Of a DNA stretch of 64,000 nucleotides, positions 43,003-51,477 are shown in pieces; position 1 is the first letter of the stretch; the number at the start of each line of letters is the position of its first letter. The translations under genes were made by a program, and so were the position numbers. The notes below the pieces were generated by a model that saw only the letters and a list, made by a program, of their open reading frames with translations, ran no database searches and was not told the DNA's origin. Source of the stretch: Paraspadella gotoi (Eukaryota > Animalia > Chaetognatha); contig CM119271.1 in assembly GCA_051294375.1 (NCBI GenBank), positions 11,335,434-11,399,433 on the forward strand, in the 5' to 3' direction.

Positions 43003-44359
43003 TATGCAATTGCGACGATTGCTTTTAAGATTTTTTTAACTTGCATCATTTTTTCAACTTGCATCATTTTTTCATTTTGCATAATTTTTTCAATTTGCAT
43101 CATTTTTTCAATTTGTATCATTTTTTCAACTTTCATCATTCTTTCAACTTTCATCATTCTTTCAACTTCCATCATTTTTTCAACTTGCACCATTTTTTCA
43201 ACTTGCATCTTTTTTTCAACTTTTGCATCATTTTTTTCAATTTGCATCATTTTTTTCAAACTTTCCATCATTTTTTTCAACTTGCATAATTTTTTTAAAT
43301 TGCATCATTTTTTCACATTAATTAATTAATTAATTAAAACATTTATTAGTAATCATTAATTCCATTTAAACTCATTTCCACTTGCACAATTCGTCAAAAC
43401 TTTATATCTAGCTTCTTCACTCACTTTCCTACCGGCTCACAAAATTTCATCTCAATCTATCATGGGTTAAAATAAATAAAAAGATTCAAGTAAATGTGAC
43501 TCATATTTTTTCATTTAAACTCATTTCCACTCGTACATTTCCACCGAAACTTTATATCAAGCTTCGTCACACATTTTCCTACCCACACACAAAATTTCAT
43601 TCCAATTCAACCAGCCAATCACGAGTTATTGGAGCTTTTTGCTAAGGTGGGGACGGATGGACGGATTAATTGACTGATTAATTAATTATTGATTAATTGA
43701 CTAATTTATTAATTAACTGAATAATTATTTGATTTATTAATACATCCTGCATATACATTTAATATAAAAGAAAAAGAATCATAATCAATTAGTGAAACAG
43801 GTTTTTTTGTTTTCCATTTAAACTCATTTCCACTCAAACGATTCCATCGAAACTTGTTTTCCTGTTCAATCACACACTTTCCTACCACATACAAAATTCT
43901 AGGTCAATTGCCCCATCCACTCATAGCAATTAATTAGGCAATTAGTTAATTAATTTGATTTGAAATGTTTGTTTTAGGTATTTTCGTCACAACCATGACA
44001 AAAGCAATGACGACGATGAGAATAATGCCGATAATGATTGACTTGATTGATTGATTGAATAATCAAATAATAGATAAATGAATTGATTGATTAAATAATT
44101 AATTAATAGATAAATAAATTGATTGATTGAATAATTAATTGATTGATAAATTGACTGATTAATTAATTATTGATTAATTAACTGATTTTTCTCTTTTAAT
44201 TATATGTAGCTATCTCTCTCCCTTTTCCCCAGTGCTGATTCATCGGGAAAAAAACGAGTCTTTTTCTCTCTTTTCTCCTGCTGCTCTGTGCTGCCTTTTG
44301 ATTTTTTTCTTTTTTCTGGCTGTCTCTGCTGCTGCCGCTGCTGATTCGTCCGAAAACGA

Positions 44360-44433
<74 letters not shown>

Positions 44434-45358
44434 GCGTTTTTGTTTAAAAAAAATTGAATTAGGATTGAACTCGTAAAATTATGCATCGCATTCGTGCATG
44501 TTATCATTTTGCTATTGCAACATCAAGTTTTAATTTCCTTTTTATTTCCCTCTCTCTCTCTCTCGCTTTCTCTCTCTCGCAATTATGCAATTGCGACGAT
44601 CCTTATGCTTTTAGATTTTTTTAACTTGCATCATTTTTTCAACTTGCATAATTTTTTTAAATTGCAACAATTTTTCCACATTAATTAATTAATTAATTAA
44701 AACATTTATTAGTAATCATAAATCTTAAAGATTCAAGTAAATGTGACTTATGTTTTTTCCATTTAAACTCATTTCCACTGGCACAATTCCGTCAAAACTT
44801 TATATCTAGCTGATTAATGAATTATTTATTAATTAATTGACTAATTGATTAATTAACTGATTAATTATTTGATTTATTAATACATCCTGCATATACATTT
44901 AATTAAAAGGAAAAAGAAGCATAATCAATTAGTGAAACAGGTTTTTGTGTTTTTTCCATTTAAACTCATTTCCACTCAAACGATTCCATCGAAACTTGTT
45001 TTCCTGTTCAATCACACAATTTCCTACCCACATATAAATTCCAGGCCAATCGCCCCATCCACTCATGAGCAATTGGTGTTCAAATAGTGAATTATATTTT
45101 TTTTTTTTTTCCATCTAAACCAATTTCCACTCGCACGATTCCCTCGAAACTTCATATACATCTCAATCACACACTTCCCTACCCGCACACAAAATTTCAT
45201 TCCAATCCATCCATGCAATCACGAGTAATTGGTGTTTTTTGCTAAGTGGGACGGACGGACGGACGGACGGACGGACGGACGGACGGACGGACGGACGGAC
45301 GGACGACGACGGACGGACGGAGACGGACGGACGGACGGACGGACGGACGGACGGACAG

Positions 45359-45405
<47 letters not shown>

Positions 45406-48400
45406 GGACGGACGGACGGACGGACATAATTTTTTTGCATAATTTATCATAATTCGATGTTCTGACATGATATCATTTAAGGAAAAACTCATAGAACCGG
45501 AACCGGAACGGAACCGGCGTCATCCTGTGTTCTTGATTTTTGCATGAGTTCGATTCTCAAGGAGATTACGCTGAGTGGGTAATCAACGTGTTGGGATGCA
45601 CTGGCTAGCGATGGGTAGATGGACGTTGGGGCTGGATTTGTTTGGCTTTGGTATCTCATCAGTTTTGATGTCCAGCCTGGCGAGAATGGCGTCCAATTTC
45701 GGGGTGACTGCAACCATGTGCCTGTCCATGGAATTAACTTTGCAATCCATGGCTTTGAGTTCTTTTGCGAGAAAATCAAATTTTTGTTGATTTTGTATAT
45801 TGGCCTCATTGACGATCTGCTTTGCAATGACTCCTTCCTTTGTCGTGAGTCTGCAGTGCTTTGACAACTCGGGCGGCATTACAAATGTGCGTATTAAGTT
45901 GTCTTCGTCGTCGGCACTGCTACCGTCTCCATCCTCGGACAAGGTCTTTTGTTTCGTCTTGTCCGGATCCCGCCATTCCGTCCAATTTGCCTTGGGTGCC
46001 GGCAGTGGTGGTAAATGCTCGGCAGCGGCGGAGGTTGAGGGCACGGGATCCATTTGGGGTGGCGTGGTCGTTGGTGGCTTCTTGGAGGAGTGGTGAGTCT
46101 TGCCCAGAAGTCCTGTCACCACATTTAAGGAAAAACTCATAGATTTCCAGGTTGAAATCAACTCGATTTTATTCTGAGTAAATAAAGGTGACGGTGAGAC
46201 GCACGCAGGAGTCTGAATCAATTCTACTGAAACTAAGAGAGAACTCAAGCTATTTATAACAAAAGACAGGATCAGAGCAAGAGTGATTTTGACAATCAAT
46301 TGTTTCTGCAAGCTGATTGGTCGGGTCTGGTTCAGTCTCGGCAATCAGCGTTCAATGGCGGGGATCGCCCGATCCTCTGATCGTTTTGGATTTTGGCGAG
46401 ATTGATCCTGCCTGGATGATATAAGTTAGTGCCCGACAATATTGAGGGGCGGACCGACGGACGACAAAGTGAGTTATAGAGTCGGGATCTGCTGATAAGC
46501 AGATCCGACTAAAAAGTCCATTAGTAAGTAAGGAGACAGCGACTTTAGGTGGCTTTATGATTTGTGCTTCAATCACTTAGTGACGATTAATTACTATTCA
46601 ATCAGGAAAGTCAGTCAATCAATCCATCTGTTTTTCAGTGCGGACAAATCTGGGATCTTCGCCTGATGATGGATCCACTCAGCGGCGCCAACCGCGGTTA
46701 CGCTTTCATCAAATTCTGCGGCCGCGACGGAGCCGAGGCCGCCGTCAGGATGTGAGCGGGGCTGTGGAAGGGGCCGGAGGGGAAGAGGGGTGTTCAGTGT
46801 AGAGATAAATAGGCCTTATTTACTCATAACACCCCAAGCTATCTTAAATTTGGAATTAAGTCATTTTTTTAAGTTATACTTATTTTGTTAAACAAGTTGG
46901 GTTGTTATTTTTTAGCTAAAGCTTTTTCTTTATTCAAATCTGTGATATTTATAATTCTTCATAGCAGAACAACCATTCAGTTATTAAATGAATCAATGAT
47001 TAAAAAATATTAAAAAATCTACTGACAAATCAATATACAAAACTTGTTTGACGATGAATTAGTATAATTGTATGTTCTATCAATTACTAATTCCAAAGTT
47101 TTTTAAGATAATCCTTTTTTTTAATTTTTATGGCAACCTATCTCGGATCACACACACACATACACACACATTAAAAAAACACATAAATATATACACACAC
47201 TAACATATAAACATAACATAAAGATACGACAACCACGAAGTGAAAAAGGGTAAAATCCTCAAAGTGAACATCAGCGTCGCCAACCAACGCCTCTTCGTGG
47301 GCAACATCCCCAAGAGCAAGAGTCGGGAGGAAATCCTGGAGGAGTTCGGGAAGATTACGACTGGACTCGTCGACATTATCGTCTACTCGTCGCCGGATGA
47401 TTTGAAGAAGAAGAATCGAGGCTTCGCCTTTTTGGAATACGACACTCATAAATCGGGTGAGGGATTATGGAGGGGGAAAAGGGGGAGACATTCACAAATT
47501 GGGTGAAGATAAGGGGGTAGGGGAGATACGAGATATTCACAAATCAGATAAGCATTGAGTGGAGGGTGAGGAAAATCCTCCTTACCAATCATTCATAATT
47601 CTATTACCTCTTTTATCTCTTTTCTATCCTTCTTTTATTCCTTTTTTATCCCTCTTTCCTCTTCTATCCATCTCCACCTTTATCTCCTCGTCTTTCTTCT
47701 CCTCTTCTCTATTTTGATTAACTTGGTTTACTTATGGCAACAGCCGGGTTGCCTGTGATGCCCATTAGGATGGGGCATCTTCACTGTTGGCTTTGGGGCT
47801 TCCGACCCTCAGTGACGCATCCAGTCACTGGCGCGGTTACCCTAGGACGGTCCGCTTTGCCAACGCAGAGGGAAGTTGTTAGGACTGTGGATGGAACACT
47901 ACGCCTGGGATGGTGTGTTCCCCCTCTGAGCCAATGGATTTGGCTGAAGGATGGTGGACGTGAGGCGGTGTGAATATACCGCCACAGGATCCCCGAGGCC
48001 AAGACATCACTCAGGTTCCTCAAGCCTGAGAGGTGTCTGACAAGACTGTTACCATAGTGGGAGAGAGAGAGAGAGCGCGAGTTGTGGGGCATAAGCGTTT
48101 GTCGTAGCGTACCCCAGGGGCATAGGCGTTTGTCGTAGTGTACCCAAAGTCGGCAGGGCATAGGCGTTTGTCGTAGCGTACCCTGAGAAGGTTGCGTATT
48201 CGATAGTAGGGCTCACCACTTATGGCATCAGCCGGTTGCCTGTGATGCCCCTTGGGATGGGGCATCTCACTGTTGGCTTTGGGGGCTTCCGACCCTCAGT
48301 GACGCATCCAGTCACTGGCGCGGTTACCCTAGGACGGTCTTGCTCTTGCCAACGCAGAGGGAAGTCGTTAGGACTGTGGATGGAAAACTACGCCTGGGAT

Positions 48401-50276
48401 GGTTGTTTCCCCTCTGAGCCATGGATTGGCAGAAGGATGGTGGACGTTAGGCGGTGTGAATATACCGCCACAGTTTTCCTTTTACTTTCCCAACCCACTT
48501 TTCCCTTAAATGCTCAGCCTCTTTGGCCAACAAAAAACTCGGGACCGGGCGCATCAAAGTTTGGGGCTGCGACATCCTCGTCGATTGGGCCGACCCTATG
48601 GAGGAACCCGACGACGAGACCATGTCCAAAGTAAGAGCCTATTTTCTGAAAACGACCCATTTCTGAATTTAATCACTCGCTCGAATTTTAATTCTTAACT
48701 AAATCTCCAACCAAATCTTATGCCTAATCTTAATCCCTATCTTTTACCCAATTTTTTTTTTTTTTTTTAAATTAAAAACTAATTCTGAATTAAAACTGAA
48801 ACGGGGCAACTTTCGAAAAATGTGGCCAAAAATCCCAAACTACGTAACATGAGATGGACTGACCTCTAGGTGAAGGTCGTCTACGTGCGGAACTTGAAGG
48901 AGTCGGTGACCGAGGAGGATCTGCGGAGCCTCTTCGAATCTCACGGACGAGTTGAGAAAGTGAAGAAAATGAAGGATTACGCCTTCGTTCATTTTGAGGA
49001 GCGGGATCACGCGCTGAGGTGAACATCTGTCACTCGTAATCGAATTCCATCGATTTATAAACACATTTGTTGTATAAATTACACCAACCATTGAAAGAGA
49101 TATATAAGAGAAATATAAAAAACGAATTAATGAGTAAACCTACAGCTTATCAGGCTGTAGCAACTTGCTTCAGACGTTTCACTAATAGCAGACTGGGTGG
49201 CTCAACGGGCTCAACGGGCTCAAAACTCGGACCTTTGGGTTGGGGGGGGAATGACTAATCAATTAAACTATTGAACGATCGATCAATAATTTTATGTCCC
49301 AATTTATAACTATCAAATTATTAATCAATCGAAAAATTCTTTATTCAAACTGTGAAACTTATAGATCCATTTATTTCTCAATCGTTCAATCAAACAATCA
49401 TTCGAACTATTTTAACTTGATGTCTAGAGAATATAAATTGCTAAACGATTATCTAATTCTCTCATTTTCTAAATTAATATAAATCTATAAATTAATTATT
49501 AAATAAATTAAAATATAAATTAATATAAATTGCTAAACGATATCTAATTCTCTCATAGTTCTACTTATTTAAAGTTTATATATCAAAACAATATCATCCA
49601 TTCCTCTCTTTTAGCGCCATTCGAAGGGAGAACGGTCGTGAGATGGACGGAGTTGGGATAGATGTCTCTCTGGCGAAACCTCCGACGAAGAAGAAAAAGG
49701 AACAAAAGCTCATGCGTCAGGTTAACAATAGACCTATTAATGTTAATTTATATAAAAGATAGTATTAATTTTTGGGGTCGGTAAATTTTTTTAGAATTGG
49801 GCAATTTTTAAATGTAGTTTTATACTTATAAAATGTTCATAATAAGAGCAGATTTGAATTCCTCATTTTTATATATTTACTTCGTTTAGGTGGTTAAAAA
49901 ATCTTGTTAAAAAAATTATTGGTAATGGTAAATTTAAGGTTAGAATATTAGTTTTTATCATTTTTGACTAACTTACTTTTTCCTCCCGAAATTGAATAAT
50001 TGATTTTTTTTGATATTTTAAGATCGATTAAAATGCATTGATTGATATATCGACTCATTGATTTAAAGTCGATAGCCTGATTAAAACCCTAAGACTACTA
50101 ACCCAACTATCCCGATAGATGGCAGCGGGTCAACTCCACCGAATGGCCGGCGCCTCTTTTCCCGGCGGCGATCCTTACGCGGCCTACGGCGCCAACGAAG
50201 CTTACAACCGGGCCTTCCCCCCGCCTCACGCTTTGGGTCGAGGCGAGAAGGGATCATCCGCTAGGTGGAAGAAGGA

Positions 50277-50355
<79 letters not shown>

Positions 50356-51477
50356 AAAACGTCGAGAGTCAAACTAACATACCGAGGGCGATATAGACAA
50401 ACTTATAGACAGGCAATCGAGCAGAGAGACAGACATCGGAGACATCCTGCCCCCTCCCTTTAATTTAACCCCCCCCCATCGTTTCATAGGCTGCGATTAC
50501 GGTTACCCCTACGGCGACTATTACGGCGGTTACTTCGACTACTACGAGGAATTCTACGGTCCTTACGAGGATTCGGATTTGGCGAGATCGGTTTTGGGCG
50601 AGGCGGCCGCGGCGTCGAAGCTTGCCGGGTGAGTCGCGTAATAATAAATAATAATAATAATAACAATAATAATAATAATAATAATAATAAAAACATAAAT
50701 ACAGTGTGAGAATCTAGATGATTTTTTTTTCTTCAATTTTTGCTTTTTAGAATTCTGTGAGGTTCTTTTTATTTTTACAAGTTATAATTATTTTTGTATT
50801 ATTTTAACACTATTTTGATAATTTTAAATCCTAATAGGCTAGTACTCTCAAAAATTCTAATTTTATAGACAAAAAAATATTTTATCACTTTATCATCAAC
50901 ATTCATGAAAGATTCATTGTACAAATAAACATTTAAAAAATTTTGTCTCAATTTCCATCTTTAAGTTAACAAGAATATTTTAAAAGAACTGTAGAGAATA
51001 AAAACTTCACCCGATTTACTTCTCGGCTTTTCTCATTTTAGGCTCAAAAACGTGAATTTTAACATCGACCGATTCCTCCCCTTAAACATCTTTCCTTCCG
51101 CAGGCGTACCTCGCGGCCCCGCCCGAGGCGCCCGCGGCGTCGTCCGGGGTTTCCCCATGATCCCGGCCGGCGTTCCCGGGTCTCGCGGCGGCGGTGGCGG
51201 CGGAGTTCCTAGCGGCCGAGGGCTGCCCATCGTCCGCGGCGGACCCGCCGGAGGAATGGCGCCGGCGTTCGCTCTGAGCGGCGGCGGACGAGGCGTCAGA
51301 AACGGCGCTGGCGGCGGCGGAGTTGGCGGCGGGAAGAGGAAGAGTCTAGAGATGGCGTCGGCGGCGGCGGCGGCAGCGGCGGCGACGAAAGACGCTTTGA
51401 CAAAGAAGAAGATCGACACTGGCGAAGACGACGAACCTGCGGGTCCTGAACAGTGGTACAACGACGTGGCCATTTAA
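25752..51477 (+). CDS. SYNCRIP: hnRNP Q/R (SYNCRIP/Syp) gene, 12 coding exons
   Basis: Exons 25752-25812, 30293-30469, 30934-31073, 41521-41697, 46639-46751, 47224-47456, 48518-48630, 48870-49018, 49615-49720, 50119-50242, 50490-50628, 51104-51477. Domains: N-terminal acidic domain ([12 protein letters not shown]...[15 protein letters not shown]), three RRMs ([10 protein letters not shown]; [11 protein letters not shown]...NRGFAFLEY; VKVVYVRNL...DYAFVHF), YDY/RGG region, NLS-like KRK and a QWYND tail. Splice phases are consistent except exon 11, which is 2 nt short. Confidence 0.95.
25820..27340. repeat. GAGGCGCCCAGTGGTT / GAGGCGCGTGGCG satellite (mirrored at 28680-29410)
   Basis: Many 13-16-bp units. 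Explains the long spurious ORFs in this region. Confidence 0.85.
30293..30469 (+). CDS. SYNCRIP: hnRNP Q/R exon 2 (acidic domain)
   Basis: [58 protein letters not shown]; cag acceptor, gtgag donor. Confidence 0.93.
30934..31073 (+). CDS. SYNCRIP: hnRNP Q/R exon 3
   Basis: [24 protein letters not shown]...KGPDEEKLN; cag acceptor, gtgagt donor. Confidence 0.93.
32836..32992. other. Unexplained multi-stem GC-rich island with an H-type pseudoknot
   Basis: Stems ccgttca/tgaacgg, gcag/ctgc, cctga/tcagg, ctgtaaca/tgttacag, ggcg/cgcc (loop ggttaag complementary to downstream cttaact), gcggcca/tggccgc, atggtgga/tccaccat. Confidence 0.5.
33551..33912. mobile_element. Palindromic MITE (related copy at ~54240-54600)
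   Basis: TIR acgcatggaa / ttccatgcgt, inner inverted pair ggattctgata / tatcagaatcc, and a (GAT)n centre. The ggattctgatagagc + (GAT)n motif recurs at 54320-54450. Confidence 0.7.
34627..34910 (+). mobile_element. LTR-like relic followed by PBS-like TGGTGGCAG
   Basis: CCAAT boxes, TATAAATA (~34765), ctcagAATAAAatc (~34836), end ...gaatg, then TGGTGGCAG, which resembles a tRNA-Leu-type PBS. Layout is shared with 46122-46418. Confidence 0.55.
36893..37660 (-). CDS. Antisense nested ORF of unknown function (~250 codons, hydrophobic segments)
   Basis: Non-repetitive 223-aa ORF that extends in frame upstream ([35 protein letters not shown]). GC content is higher than the flanking intron. Confidence 0.45.
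   Translation of the reverse strand, partial: STEDEEITVHTKDLKLVNLYHLQSSVDSTIYYVTTIISGVVTVVSFFYFSTYITAANFAFNLLEDLYYFGVGVRRKIGGTKSDADHENDPIDADSETVSPWVKCFFSFAKAAFAALPLVARSRIFNGASVSEAFSNVVDLFKNETVTIGQIYEQLKGVGFTWESIKRIAKHCWQYGDGLQMLGNQFNVNTANEISSLGGICMGVAGIFGILDPLSFRKKGFAALEFKNMSDSEGELFTIFFSWHYAQIQHTFRCV
37805..38045 (-). mobile_element. Twister-bearing LTR, copy A (truncated at one end)
   Basis: Near-identical to 38059-38312, 47733-47986 and 48221-48472. Lacks the terminal aatataccgccaca. Confidence 0.85.
37857..37937 (-). ncRNA. Twister ribozyme, P5-type (copy A)
   Basis: Minus strand GUUGGC AAA GCGA GA CCG UC CUAG GG UAA CCGC GC CAGUGAC-loop-GUCACUG A GGG U CGG AA GC CCC AAAA GUCAAC. Confidence 0.8.
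38059..38312 (-). mobile_element. Solo twister-bearing LTR, copy B, with 4-bp TSD ATAC
   Basis: atac|tatggc...gccaca|atac on the plus strand. Minus-strand termini TGTGGC...GCCATA. Confidence 0.88.
38111..38191 (-). ncRNA. Twister ribozyme, P5-type (copy B)
   Basis: Same core as the other copies, with a U-G wobble in pseudoknot T1 and one mismatch in P3. Confidence 0.75.
38791..39697 (+). mobile_element. Helentron-associated non-autonomous element (HINE/DINE-1-like)
   Basis: TTTTAGTCGGATCTGC-tgaaa-GCAGATCCCGACTCTATA terminal hairpin, (GTCC/GTCT)n microsatellite, and internal ~120-bp repeats (gagtggaaatgagtttaaatgg). Confidence 0.8.
39699..40680 (-). mobile_element. HINE/DINE-1-like element, inverted copy
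   Basis: Reverse complement of the same terminus at 40640-40680, a (GGAC)n tract, and the sub-terminal repeat gtcggatctgc at ~39700. Confidence 0.8.
41521..41697 (+). CDS. SYNCRIP: hnRNP Q/R exon 4 (start of RRM1)
   Basis: [24 protein letters not shown]...[22 protein letters not shown]. Confidence 0.95.
42717..46515 (-). mobile_element. Cluster of HINE/DINE-1-like copies with an 18-bp internal satellite and a nested insertion
   Basis: Terminus at 46475-46515, (GGAC/AGAC)n at 45249-45425, 18-bp ttttttcaacttgcatca array at 43030-43310, and a gcctacgataatt end shared with 39709. Confidence 0.75.
45474..46418 (-). mobile_element. Internally deleted LTR retroelement inserted in a HINE, with a gag-like ORF fragment
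   Basis: Interrupts the HINE motif gacatgatataagttagtg with a target duplication (ATAT or atgatat). LTR-like 46418-46122 has CCAAT, TATAAATA and AATAAA, followed by PBS-like TGGTGACAG and an ORF MDPVPST...coiled-coil. The last 22 nt of the LTR are repeated at 45474-45495. Confidence 0.65.
46639..46751 (+). CDS. SYNCRIP: hnRNP Q/R exon 5 (RRM1)
   Basis: [37 protein letters not shown]. Confidence 0.95.
47224..47456 (+). CDS. SYNCRIP: hnRNP Q/R exon 6 (RRM2)
   Basis: [41 protein letters not shown]...[14 protein letters not shown]. Confidence 0.95.
47786..47864 (-). ncRNA. Twister ribozyme, P5-type (copy C)
   Basis: GUUGGC AAA GCGG A CCG UC CUAG GG U^AA CCGC GC CAGUGAC UGGAUGC GUCACUG A GGG U CGG AA GC CCC AAA GCCAAC. 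P5, P2, P1, P3, P4 and pseudoknots T1 (CCG/CGG) and T2 (GC/GC) can all form. Confidence 0.82.
48272..48353 (-). ncRNA. Twister ribozyme, P5-type (copy D)
   Basis: Same core; the P2 5' strand variant GCAA weakens P2. Confidence 0.72.
48518..48630 (+). CDS. SYNCRIP: hnRNP Q/R exon 7
   Basis: [38 protein letters not shown]; gtaag donor. Confidence 0.95.
48870..49018 (+). CDS. SYNCRIP: hnRNP Q/R exon 8 (RRM3)
   Basis: [49 protein letters not shown]. Confidence 0.95.
49615..49720 (+). CDS. SYNCRIP: hnRNP Q/R exon 9
   Basis: [35 protein letters not shown]. Confidence 0.92.
50119..50242 (+). CDS. SYNCRIP: hnRNP Q/R exon 10
   Basis: [41 protein letters not shown]. The donor is either GC (50243) or GT (50237). 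Confidence 0.8.
50490..50628 (+). CDS. SYNCRIP: hnRNP Q/R exon 11 (Tyr/Gly-rich)
   Basis: [25 protein letters not shown]...; two apparently missing G residues would restore [21 protein letters not shown]. Confidence 0.8.
51104..51477 (+). CDS. SYNCRIP: hnRNP Q/R last exon (RGG, NLS-like, stop)
   Basis: [16 protein letters not shown]...GGKRKSLE...[10 protein letters not shown]. Confidence 0.9.

Larger units (their letters stand above)
47733..48472 (-). mobile_element. Complete non-autonomous LTR element (TRIM/retrozyme-like) with a twister ribozyme in each LTR
   Basis: LTRs at 48221-48472 and 47733-47986 flank a 234-bp non-coding interior. PBS-like TGGTGAGCCC begins 2 nt after the 5' LTR, and a short GGGGA precedes the 3' LTR. 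Possible TSD GTTT (47726-47729 / 48473-48476). Confidence 0.85.

Noticed and set aside
43002-43289. MMQVEK/HHFFNL repeat protein
   Set aside because: An 18-bp satellite inside a HINE element.
45163-45452. RPSV/GRTD repeat ORFs
   Set aside because: The (GGAC)n microsatellite typical of DINE-1/HINE elements.
48086-48185. Mini CRISPR array
   Set aside because: Spacers are only 1-8 nt. The units are internal repeats of the LTR element.
47734-48634. ORFs within the twister LTR copies
   Set aside because: Frames differ between copies and there are no gag or pol motifs. The element appears non-coding.
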